A DNA stretch of 18,976 bases from a bacterium. Lineage in GTDB: Bacteria > Babelota > Babeliae > Babelales > JAUWHS01. A program made the translations under genes and the position numbers. Positions within the stretch are counted from its first letter, which is position 1. Each line of letters opens with the position of its first letter. Below are positions 7,973 to 16,357 of this stretch, piece by piece. The stretch lies in assembly GCA_043818275.1 (NCBI GenBank), contig JBDRFY010000033.1:1-18976 (forward strand). The letters run 5' to 3'. The notes beneath the pieces are model-generated. The model had not been told where the DNA came from, did no database searches, and was given only the letters and a program-made list of their open reading frames with translations.

Positions 7973-7987
7973 ACGTAGAAAAATTAT

Positions 7988-8977
7988 TCATAACTTCTTA
8001 AAATAACTTTCCAAAAACTTATCTACAGATACAATAAAAAACTTTTTACTCAAAGAATTTCTATCAATTAAAATTGTATCTGTTATAAAAACACGATCAA
8101 ACAAACTAGTATCAATTCTTTTAACGGCCCCCGGAGATAAAACTGCGTGTGTAAAACAACCAATAACTTTTTTCGCACCATTTTTTAAAATTAACTCACA
8201 AGCTTTTATCGCAGTTTTTCCCGTATCAATAATATCATCAACCATAATTACAATTTTATCTTTAACATCCCCATCTAAATTCATAGCTACTGGAGAATCT
8301 GGTGCAACACGAGTTTTTTCAACAAACGCAAGCTTTGAACCAAAATTATCCGACAATTTCTGATTTCTTAATTTTGCTCCTTTATCCGGAGCAACAAAAC
8401 AAACTTTAGAAAAATCATTTTCAATTAAACTTGTAAAAACATCTGATTTTAAAAACTCAAACCAAAACGGTGAAAAATCTATATTTTCAATTTCTAAATC
8501 TAAATCTTTTATAATTTCAGTATTGTGCATCTCACATGTAATAAGTTTGTTAATACCCGCGGTTTTTAAAAATTTTGAAACTAAATCAATAGATCCTAAA
8601 TCCTTTGAGTCCCGATCCCTCGATAAACTCTGGACTAGAATCAGGCTCATTTTATCCTGACGTGAATATGGTAAGTAAGGCAAAAAGGCAACAATATTTT
8701 CTGCACCTATTTTTTTTAATAAATTAATTAAAAACAAAAAATTAAACATCTGGTTATTAATTGAACTAAAACCGATCGTTGAAAAATAAAATTGATTTAA
8801 AACAAAAAGATTTTTTAATTTTTCCAGTTTTGCTACATCATTTAAATTTATATAAGTTTCTGAATCAGCAAAATGATTAACTTCAATATCATGAAGATGA
8901 TGACCAAGAGAATGCGCAAGTTTTTGCGCCAGAACAGAATTGTTATTTGCAATGAATTCAAAATTATTCATTTTCAA
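7988..8977 (-). CDS. prs: Ribose-phosphate pyrophosphokinase (PRPP synthetase), divergent
   Basis: FADSE, PYLPYSRQD, MH, VAPDKGA, PRPP-binding MVDDIIDTGKT, THAVLS, ITDTI. Start overlaps the lpxD stop (TTGA). Confidence 0.93.
   Translation of the reverse strand: MKMNNFEFIANNNSVLAQKLAHSLGHHLHDIEVNHFADSETYINLNDVAKLEKLKNLFVLNQFYFSTIGFSSINNQMFNFLFLINLLKKIGAENIVAFLPYLPYSRQDKMSLILVQSLSRDRDSKDLGSIDLVSKFLKTAGINKLITCEMHNTEIIKDLDLEIENIDFSPFWFEFLKSDVFTSLIENDFSKVCFVAPDKGAKLRNQKLSDNFGSKLAFVEKTRVAPDSPVAMNLDGDVKDKIVIMVDDIIDTGKTAIKACELILKNGAKKVIGCFTHAVLSPGAVKRIDTSLFDRVFITDTILIDRNSLSKKFFIVSVDKFLESYFKKL
8600..8650. repeat. Nested REP/RPE-like element in-frame within prs
   Basis: Minus strand ATGAGCCTG[ATTCTAGTCCAGAGTTTATCGAGGGATCGGGAC]TCAAAGGAT; locally GC-rich; about 11 extra residues after RQD relative to canonical Prs. 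Confidence 0.6.
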
Positions 8978-10047
8978 CCAAACAATTTAGACCAAAAAGA
9001 TTTTTTCTCATTTTTTTTATCTAAAAAAATTTTTGCCTGTTTTGCAATATCAATAATTTCAGGTAAACGCATAGTTGCAACCATCAAGCGTTTCCATTTA
9101 GAAAAAGGTATGGCAGGAATGCCTGCAACAGTTTCTCCATCTTTAATATCTTTCATAACCGCACTTTTAGAAACTATTTTTGCGCCATTACCAATTGTCA
9201 CATGATCCTTTATAGCAACTTGCCCACCAATTTGACAACCAAAACCTATTTTTACAGTTCCACCAATTACTGTTTGAGCCAAAATCGCAGTGTGATTTCC
9301 AACATAAACATTGTGAGCAATGTGAACCATGTTATCAATTTTCACGCCATCACCAATAAAAGTTTCATCAAATGATGCTCTATCAACAGTTGCATTCGCG
9401 CCAATTTCCACGTTTTGACCGATTCTTACAATTCCAATTTGTGGAATTTTACGTAACCCTAGCTGTCCAACTTCGTAACCAAAACCATCAGAACCAATTA
9501 CCGCGCCACTATAAATTTGAGTATTATCTCCAATAACACAATCATGCAAAATTCTGCACCCAGGATTTAATTTTACATTTTTACCAAGATAAACTTTTTT
9601 TCCAATGTATGTATTCGCGCCAATGTAAGAATTTTTTCCAATAAATGTTCCATCTTCAATAACAACATTCGCGCAAATGGTAACATTTTCTTCAAGTTTT
9701 GCGGTAACCCCAATAATTGCGGTTTTATGAACACCTGTTATAAATTTTTCGTTCTGAATATAATCAACAATTTTTTGAAAAGCGTATAAAGGATCTTTTA
9801 CAATTAAATAATTTTTGCCTTCAATAATTGGGCGTGATGCCAAAATTAATCCCGCATTACTTTTTTGAATTAGTTCCAATGGAAATTTATCAAAAACAGA
9901 ATTTTGGCCGCGATCAATAAAAAAAGCTAAATCATTTTGCTTGGCGGTTTCAAATGACTTTATGTTTTCAATTAAAAAAGAAGAATCGAGGGATGTTTGT
10001 CCCTCGACTAATTTTATAATTTCACCAACTGTTAAATTTATTTGCAC
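8974..10047 (-). CDS. lpxD: UDP-3-O-(3-hydroxyacyl)glucosamine N-acyltransferase
   Basis: N-terminal LpxD domain (VKDPLYAF), hexapeptide repeats, IGSDGFGY, IPQIG, VEIGANATVDR, KIDNMVHIAHN. Confidence 0.96.
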   Translation of the reverse strand: MQINLTVGEIIKLVEGQTSLDSSFLIENIKSFETAKQNDLAFFIDRGQNSVFDKFPLELIQKSNAGLILASRPIIEGKNYLIVKDPLYAFQKIVDYIQNEKFITGVHKTAIIGVTAKLEENVTICANVVIEDGTFIGKNSYIGANTYIGKKVYLGKNVKLNPGCRILHDCVIGDNTQIYSGAVIGSDGFGYEVGQLGLRKIPQIGIVRIGQNVEIGANATVDRASFDETFIGDGVKIDNMVHIAHNVYVGNHTAILAQTVIGGTVKIGFGCQIGGQVAIKDHVTIGNGAKIVSKSAVMKDIKDGETVAGIPAIPFSKWKRLMVATMRLPEIIDIAKQAKIFLDKKNEKKSFWSKLFG

Positions 10048-10079
10048 AATTTACTCTTTTTTTTATCTCACTGAAGGAA

Positions 10080-10643
10080 TTACGCCGTTTTTACCTTTTT
10101 CGTTTCACTTTTTTCAACTGTTACATTAGTTGTTTCTTCTTCGTATTTCTGATCAACAGCTTTCAACATTTCTTTTGTTTTATCAATGGAATTATTAACG
10201 AACAACACTCCTGGAGTATTTTTATCAATCATTAATCCCCAGTCATTTTTCTTGAAAACTTCGTTTGCAACTTTCATTTGTTTATCACGCAACGCAAATT
10301 GTTGTCTTTGAACTTTGTTTTTCAAACTTTCTTCCCGATCCTGCAATGTTCTTTCCGCTGTTTTTTTCATTTTCATTAATTCTTCTTCTTTTTCCAGTCG
10401 GGCTTCTCTGCTCAAAACTTTAGCTTGTTTATCCAATTTTTCTTTTAATTCCAATAATTTATCTTGTTCTGCTTTAACCTGGGATCTAAAGGATTCAACC
10501 TCTTTTTGAAACAGACCTGCAAGTAATTGACCTTCCTTGGATTCTTCCATTAAACGAAGACTATCAATAGACACTAATTTACTTGAATCTGCATAAGAAC
10601 TAACAACAGTAAGTAACAAAACTGCGCCTAAAACTTTTTTCAT
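10080..10643 (-). CDS. skp: OmpH/Skp family periplasmic chaperone
   Basis: Likely start ATG 10643 (MKKVLGAVLLLTVVSSYA signal), a beta strand + S.EG, long coiled coil, C-terminal IDKTKEMLK; directly upstream of lpxD as is usual. Confidence 0.85.
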   Translation of the reverse strand: MKKVLGAVLLLTVVSSYADSSKLVSIDSLRLMEESKEGQLLAGLFQKEVESFRSQVKAEQDKLLELKEKLDKQAKVLSREARLEKEEELMKMKKTAERTLQDREESLKNKVQRQQFALRDKQMKVANEVFKKNDWGLMIDKNTPGVLFVNNSIDKTKEMLKAVDQKYEEETTNVTVEKSETKKVKTA

Positions 10644-10741
10644 ATTAAAACCTTTTCTAAAAAATGAATTAAACATATTATTCAAACTTATCAATAAGAA
10701 AATATCGTATCGTTTTTTGAAAAAATATCAATAATTAATCT

Positions 10742-11836
10742 TTAATCTAATTTGTTCAAAACTTCTTTCACTTTATCAACTACACCTTCAAACACTTCTT
10801 CTGTTTCCTCTCCTTCAATAAAAAACCCTCCAACGGAGCCTCTGCCTCCACCACCCAAGTTATCTGCAATTCTTGAAGCTTCATCTCCTGTAGAACGCAA
10901 AGAAACATTAAATCCTGATTTTCTATCTTTCCAAATTTTACCTTCAGGCACATAAAAAATAAATGCCCTAAGTCTTACATCATCCATTTCTAATTCACTA
11001 AATTTTTTCAATACTCTTGTCCAGGTATTTATTGGATGCCAACCTTCAGTAATCGTATCAAAAGACATGTAAATATATGCTAAATTAACGTCAATATTCA
11101 GGGTTTCCTGTAATTCATTCCAAAAAGCTACTTCTTCATTCGTCGATAAAGACATCATTTCTTGATAATCTTTTTTTAGGTCAGAAATTTCTTCATCTGA
11201 TAAAACTTGTAATTCTTTGAGCTTTGACAAAGCTTTATTAGCATCGTCTTTCAACTTACCTCTTTCTCCACCTTGAGTGTCACACAAAATTCCAAACGCT
11301 AAATAGTTTGCAATTTCATTTGTAATAAATGCAGGATTCATAATTTTTAAAACATCAATTAAAACCTCGCAAGTAGCTGCAGCATCAGTATCAACTAAAT
11401 TAATTTCACCAAACTTATCAACAACATTATGATGATCAACTTTAATTAATGGCACATCATCAAAATTCTCACACCAGTAAAGATTTTCCTTTTTTGCCTC
11501 ATCAAGGGCAATTAATAAATCAGGTTTTTGATTATGTTGTCCTACCAATAAATTGTCTGGTTTAAATTTTAATTTAGGATCAATTATTCCATTATGAATC
11601 ACCTCTACATTTTTTCCCTGAGAAATCAAAACCTTAGACAATGCTGCTGCAGATGATAATGCATCACCATCCGGAGAACCAATTAATATTGTAATATTTG
11701 TGCTTAAAGTAAGCGCTAAATTAACATCAGATAAATCTTCTGACATATATACTTTTTTGCAACTAACATTTCCGGAAAAAAGAAAAGAAAGACAAAGAAC
11801 AAATGAAGACAAAAAATTTTTAAAAGCAAACATCAC
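10742..11836 (-). CDS. DHH/DHHA1 family phosphoesterase (NrnA-like) with N-terminal signal peptide
   Basis: PDGDA, LD, VDHH, ATCE, GILCDT, SLRS and GGGGR motifs; AGGAG RBS; hydrophobic N-terminus. Confidence 0.88.
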   Translation of the reverse strand: MMFAFKNFLSSFVLCLSFLFSGNVSCKKVYMSEDLSDVNLALTLSTNITILIGSPDGDALSSAAALSKVLISQGKNVEVIHNGIIDPKLKFKPDNLLVGQHNQKPDLLIALDEAKKENLYWCENFDDVPLIKVDHHNVVDKFGEINLVDTDAAATCEVLIDVLKIMNPAFITNEIANYLAFGILCDTQGGERGKLKDDANKALSKLKELQVLSDEEISDLKKDYQEMMSLSTNEEVAFWNELQETLNIDVNLAYIYMSFDTITEGWHPINTWTRVLKKFSELEMDDVRLRAFIFYVPEGKIWKDRKSGFNVSLRSTGDEASRIADNLGGGGRGSVGGFFIEGEETEEVFEGVVDKVKEVLNKLD

Positions 11837-11856
11837 AAATCTCCTGTAAAAAGTAC

Positions 11857-12264
11857 TTATTTTTCAGTTATAATTTTTTTAACCATTGATAACACCTCAT
11901 TAAAACTGTTCTTTTCATAAATAACAAAAAACTTAAATCCATTTGGGGAAGAAAACAAATAAAAATACTTGGCATTTTTTTTACTTTGCTCATAAATAAG
12001 CACCTTTGTATTTACATTTAGAACTTTCAAACAAGACATCTCTTGCAATAACTTTTTAAAATAAAAATCTGAATGCCATTTTTCAGGAAAACTATCGTCT
12101 CTTAAACAAATAAATGCTGTTCTACCAATAACCTCTAAATTAGCTCTTAAAAACTCTTCCATGTTTTGAGTTTCATCAACTTGTCCAGAATAAACATTTC
12201 CTAAAAATAAAAATGAAAGAAAAAGAATCAATGAATATAAAATTTTTTTCAAAACAAACATCAC
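11857..12264 (-). CDS. Small exported protein; truncated paralog of the adjacent DHH protein (signal peptide + DHHA1-like part)
   Basis: Shares GGAGATTTGTGATGTTTG start region and signal peptide (LSFLFxGNV); mature part aligns by eye with the DHH protein C-terminal domain. Confidence 0.7.
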   Translation of the reverse strand: MMFVLKKILYSLILFLSFLFLGNVYSGQVDETQNMEEFLRANLEVIGRTAFICLRDDSFPEKWHSDFYFKKLLQEMSCLKVLNVNTKVLIYEQSKKNAKYFYLFSSPNGFKFFVIYEKNSFNEVLSMVKKIITEK

Positions 12265-12306
12265 AAATCTCCAATAAAAAAATAAACATTTAACAACGAA
12301 ACAACT

Positions 12307-12331
12307 CTTCGACTACGCTCAGGATGAACGG
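12307..12331. repeat. Intergenic REP-like palindromic element
   Basis: CTTCGACTACGCTCAGGATGAACGG, a GC-rich island in an AT-rich spacer, related to the inserts in pth and prs. Confidence 0.7.
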
Positions 12332-12412
12332 CGTGGGTCAATTTTTCAATGAAAAACAACTATTTAATAATGATGCAAAAATTACACAGAAAAATTAAAA
12401 AGTAAATTGAAA

Positions 12413-14008
12413 TCAAAAAATTTCTTCTATCGTTTTTTCAATTTTTTTCGCATCAACAAAATGTCCCATCGCACCATAAAAAACATCGTCATATTCCCTA
12501 GTTTGAATAACAACCGGCATCGGAACAGCATGGCCTAAAAGTAACGCCTGTTTTTTGGAATCCAACGTTGCAAGAATTGAACGGAGACCTGTAGCATTAC
12601 TTGCTCCTGTAAGAACAGCCTGAATATCTTTTTCATCATTAAGTTGCGCGATAATTTTTGTTCCAATTTGAGAAATTATTTCCTGATCAATTCCAGATGG
12701 TCTTTGATCAACAATCAAAAGAGAAACAAAATATTTCCTCATTTCACGCGCAATTGTTCCAAAAATTGTCTGACTGGCCGCCTGTGGATTTAAAAATTTA
12801 TGCGCTTCTTCAATTGTTATCATTAAATGTTTTGGTTGGTCTTGCGCTTCTTGTGTAGATAAAAATTTTTCAGTCTGGGCGACATAAGCTTTATGAATTT
12901 TGCGTGTAATAATATTTGAAACTAAAAGATAACAAAGTAATGAATTTTGATTACCAAATTCCAGAACAACATGTTTTCCGTGTTCTAAATTATCTATTAA
13001 ATCATCAATTACCGATTTTTCTCTTCTTGTTTTTTGCAAAAAAGGAAAACGTTCCAATCTTTTTAATTTACGATAAAGAGCGCCAACTGATTCTGTGTGC
13101 GCGCCAATTTCATCCGCAAATTCTTTTATCGTTCCATCCTGTTCAAGCAATACTTTTAACCAGTCTTTTTTGTATTTATTGTAAATTAAATATGCCGCTT
13201 CAAGAGCTGTGGAATGTAAATTAAGTTCGTTTTGCAAAGTTAATACATCTTCAACATTTATATCCTGAAAACTTAACACAACTTCAACATCCGCACTTCC
13301 ACCACGTTTTCTTGTTGAATAAGGATCAAGTGAAAAAATCATAACATCACTGGGAAATAAAGTTTTCAGTCCCTTTACAAAACTTTGCCCCTCGCCTTCT
13401 TTTCTAGCCTGAAAACCATATTCAGAATGCATATCAAAAATTAAATTTACGGCTTTACCACTTTTAACCAGACCGGCTAAAATCAGTCGCGTTATAAAAG
13501 TTTTACCTGTTCCGGTTTTTCCAAAAATTCCGTTACTTCGTTCAATAAAAGAATTTAAATTCAGACAAACCGGAGTTTGCATATCGATAGGAACACCAAT
13601 GTTGAAAAATTTTTCCTGCTTTTCATCACCAAAAATTAAAGAAACATCTTTTGCGCTTGCTTCAAAAACATCCGCAAAATGTTCTGGTATTGTTTTTACA
13701 GGCATGTGATTATTTTTTTCATCAAGCATCAACATCGGACGCAACTTTACAAGAGCAAAAATATCACGTTTTTTCAGCACGGAAGTTAAAAGAATTTCAT
13801 TTTCTTCGGGAGGAAATAAAAGAATGTCGGGATTTGTTACTTGTAATTCAATGTCTGTGATTAAAGAAAAAAATTTATGTTTTTTCCCAACAACTGTTAC
13901 AAATTTTCCTGTTTTAATTTCTTCTAATGGATATTCAGAATCAAGACGCATTACTAGGCCATCAACAAGAGAACCAGAAACAATGTGCCCTATTTTTTTA
14001 TTCTTCAC
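12413..14008 (-). CDS. HerA/FtsK-family ATPase (HerA-like helicase/translocase, DUF87)
   Basis: N-terminal HAS-barrel-like region, Walker A GKTGTGKT, FDMHSEY, Walker B IEEAH, AREMRKY, DQRPS. Confidence 0.9.
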   Translation of the reverse strand: MKNKKIGHIVSGSLVDGLVMRLDSEYPLEEIKTGKFVTVVGKKHKFFSLITDIELQVTNPDILLFPPEENEILLTSVLKKRDIFALVKLRPMLMLDEKNNHMPVKTIPEHFADVFEASAKDVSLIFGDEKQEKFFNIGVPIDMQTPVCLNLNSFIERSNGIFGKTGTGKTFITRLILAGLVKSGKAVNLIFDMHSEYGFQARKEGEGQSFVKGLKTLFPSDVMIFSLDPYSTRKRGGSADVEVVLSFQDINVEDVLTLQNELNLHSTALEAAYLIYNKYKKDWLKVLLEQDGTIKEFADEIGAHTESVGALYRKLKRLERFPFLQKTRREKSVIDDLIDNLEHGKHVVLEFGNQNSLLCYLLVSNIITRKIHKAYVAQTEKFLSTQEAQDQPKHLMITIEEAHKFLNPQAASQTIFGTIAREMRKYFVSLLIVDQRPSGIDQEIISQIGTKIIAQLNDEKDIQAVLTGASNATGLRSILATLDSKKQALLLGHAVPMPVVIQTREYDDVFYGAMGHFVDAKKIEKTIEEIF

Positions 14009-14028
14009 TCACCCTTCTCTCGCAACCT

Positions 14029-15072
14029 CTATTTTATTTTTATATAACCCTTGTCGTAAGACATCTCAATTTTTGTTTTAAATTCCGCGCAAAGAGGTTT
14101 CATTATATCAAAAATTTTATTTATCTCATTTTCAGGAATTCTGTTTACCTGCATATTTGAAATTAACAATGGAATTAATTCAATTTCTTTTGGACCATTT
14201 TTATCAATTTTTATGTTAAACAAAAACGTCCAGTCATTTCTTAAATCTTCGTAAACGGCATAATCATCTACAAAATCTCCGGCGCTATACATGATAACTT
14301 TACCTTTATAAATCTCTATGCCCTGAAAAAAATGCGCGCTGTGTCCATGAATGATATCAACACCGCAATCAATAATTTTATGAGCAAAATTTACAAACTC
14401 CTGAGTTGGACGAATAATTTTATTTGGTCCCCAATGAATAGAAACAACTACAACATCAACTTCATTTTTAAGTTCATTTACATCTTTTTTTATTTTTTCA
14501 ATGTCCCCTACTTCGATAAAATTTGTTCCCGGTTTATTTTGCGTGGCCAACCAGTCAGGTTCATTATCTGTGTAACCCAAAACACCAATTTTTATTCCTT
14601 CCTTTTCAATGACCGCAGGCTTTCTTGCCAACTCAATATCTTCACCCGCACCCGCATGCAAAATATTATTTTCATCAAGAACTTTTATTGTCTCAGATAA
14701 ACCTTGCGCAGAAAAATCCAGAATATGATTATTCGCCAAATTTACAATTTCAATATTTCCAATTTTTAAAACTTCAACGTTATCCGGATCGGATTTAAAA
14801 TTAAAAACTTTCGGTATAGCTTTTTGACTTCTTGTAAACGTTGTTTCAAGATTTACAATATTAAAATTATTTTTTTGCAATAACGACAACATATTTCCCC
14901 AGGGATATTTATAATCTGTCTGACTTATCTGTTCATTAACAAGCCTTCCCAACATCGCATCCCCACCAAAACCAATTGTGATCACCTTATTTTTCTCCTT
15001 TTTTTGATTACATGAAAATAATAGTGGTAAAAATATTAAGAAAATGATTTGAAAAATTTTGATCTTCACCAA
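14029..15072 (-). CDS. CapA/PGA_cap family metallophosphoesterase, probable lipoprotein
   Basis: Lipobox-like LLFSC; GDAMLGR, NLET, LANNHILD, HWG, GHSAH, YSAGDF. Confidence 0.92.
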   Translation of the reverse strand: MVKIKIFQIIFLIFLPLLFSCNQKKEKNKVITIGFGGDAMLGRLVNEQISQTDYKYPWGNMLSLLQKNNFNIVNLETTFTRSQKAIPKVFNFKSDPDNVEVLKIGNIEIVNLANNHILDFSAQGLSETIKVLDENNILHAGAGEDIELARKPAVIEKEGIKIGVLGYTDNEPDWLATQNKPGTNFIEVGDIEKIKKDVNELKNEVDVVVVSIHWGPNKIIRPTQEFVNFAHKIIDCGVDIIHGHSAHFFQGIEIYKGKVIMYSAGDFVDDYAVYEDLRNDWTFLFNIKIDKNGPKEIELIPLLISNMQVNRIPENEINKIFDIMKPLCAEFKTKIEMSYDKGYIKIK

Positions 15073-15095
15073 TTCTCCTTTTTTATCTTATATTT

Positions 15096-15136
15096 TGCCA
15101 CGCTGAACTAGTCGAAAAAAACTTGTTTCAGTATCT
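15096..15136. repeat. Degenerate/chimeric REP-like element
   Basis: TGCCACGCTGAACTAGTCGAA-AAAA-ACTTGTTTCAGTATCT. The tail resembles the CTTGTTTCAGGATC end of the 7780-7972 arms; the middle resembles TGAGCGTAGTCGAAG (reverse complement of the 12307 element). Confidence 0.5.
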
Positions 15137-15152
15137 AATTAAACAATTAACT

Positions 15153-15530
15153 TTACCCCCAACGAGGAAACAATAACTTATGTTTTTCTAAAGCCTCTTC
15201 TACTCTTTTGTCATCAATGCACAACCACCCACCCAAAGAGTCACGCAAATAACAAAATATATTAACTGATCCTTTCTCAATCGCGCAAACTAACAATTTG
15301 CACATTAAAAATTTCTGTTCATCATTTAAGTACGATGGATAAACATTTTTAGGCATATCAAAATCGTCATATTCTTTTAAAAAATCGCTTACGTTATTGT
15401 TTTTTATTTTTTCAATTACTTTAACATCAAGTTCTATACTGTCTAAATTAAAAGCCGACAATGGCCCGCAATAAGAATAATTATTCAACGAAAATAAAAA
15501 AGTTAAAAATATAATCAAATAGAATTTCAT
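15153..15530 (-). CDS. Small hypothetical exported protein, possibly with one degenerate ankyrin-like repeat
   Basis: GGGAG RBS then ATG 15530 (MKFYLIIFLTFLFSL...); LLVCAIEKGSVNIFCYL resembles an ankyrin helix pair. Confidence 0.65.
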   Translation of the reverse strand: MKFYLIIFLTFLFSLNNYSYCGPLSAFNLDSIELDVKVIEKIKNNNVSDFLKEYDDFDMPKNVYPSYLNDEQKFLMCKLLVCAIEKGSVNIFCYLRDSLGGWLCIDDKRVEEALEKHKLLFPRWG

Positions 15531-15722
15531 ATCGCAAACTCCCAAAAATTTTACAACCAAACTTCAGCCAAAACATACTACCTGCTTTTAATTTTATTTG
15601 AAGCATTTTTCGCAATTTTCCTGAATTCAGTCTTATTTAGAATAATTTTAAACATAGATCAGAAAAAATTAATTCAAATGGATAATTTAACTAACAATAA
15701 ACAGATAAAACTATTAATACTA

Positions 15723-15750
15723 TTGCTATCCCACTTAAATATGGTATATT
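15723..15750 (+). promoter_or_regulatory. Putative sigma70 promoter of the RRM gene
   Basis: TTGCTA-16 nt-TATATT with TG extended -10, the same architecture as at 3911-3938. Confidence 0.45.
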
Positions 15751-15946
15751 CAGCTTGTTGATGTTTTTTATAAGGAAGTTTGAATGCTAATAATTGGTTC
15801 TTTGGGGTGAGCTCTTTAGTAAATCTTTATTAAATTCTTAGATTTATCTATTACTTAATTCCACTGAAAAATGATTGGGCTTTGAATTTCTTTATAGAGC
15901 TGTAAATGTTTTACGGCTAGTTTTTTTTATAACGTTAGAGGATAGG

Positions 15947-16303
15947 ATGAAAATCTACGTTGGAAATTTGTCATATGATGCGACAGAAGATGATTTGAAA
16001 CAAGCTTTTGAAGCATATGGTGAAGTTACTTCTGTTAACATAATTAAAGACAAATTCAGTGGTGACTCAAAAGGTTTTGGATTTGTTGAAATGGGCACCC
16101 AGGAAGAAGGTCAAGCTGCAATTGAAGGTTTAAATGGCCAAGAAATAAAAGGCCGTAATCTTAAAGTAAATGAAGCAAGACCTCGTGAAGATCGTCCAAG
16201 AAGCGGCGGATTCGGCGGAAATCGTGGCGGCGGAAGTCGTGGCGGATTCGGCGGTAGCCGTGGCGGTAATGGCGGTGGATTCAGCAGAGGTCCAAGAAGA
16301 TAA
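15947..16303 (+). CDS. RRM (RNP-1) RNA-binding protein with Gly/Arg-rich tail
   Basis: GAGG RBS then ATG 15947; RNP2 IYVGNL, RNP1 [16 protein letters not shown], and RGG/GGF repeats. Confidence 0.96.
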   Translation: MKIYVGNLSYDATEDDLKQAFEAYGEVTSVNIIKDKFSGDSKGFGFVEMGTQEEGQAAIEGLNGQEIKGRNLKVNEARPREDRPRSGGFGGNRGGGSRGGFGGSRGGNGGGFSRGPRR

Positions 16304-16317
16304 AACTTCTTGAACTT

Positions 16318-16357
16318 AAAAAATAAGGCGCGTTTTAATAACGCGCCTTATTTTTTT
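16318..16357. terminator. Bidirectional intrinsic terminator between convergent RRM gene and acpS
   Basis: AAAAAATAAGGCGCGTT-ttaat-AACGCGCCTTATTTTTTT, a perfect stem with A/T tails on both sides. Confidence 0.9.

Noticed and set aside
7720..7980. Possible CRISPR array or tRNA in the prs-pth spacer
   Set aside because: Repeats are inverted, not regularly spaced direct repeats; no cas genes and no cloverleaf.
15875..15946. Extended N-termini of track ORFs (RRM from 15875; skp from 10694; MGV- starts at 495, 2764, 3881)
   Set aside because: RBS position and domain or signal-peptide boundaries favour the downstream ATGs.
16201..16300. GC-rich GGCGG repeats
   Set aside because: Explained by the Gly/Arg-rich tail of the RRM protein.
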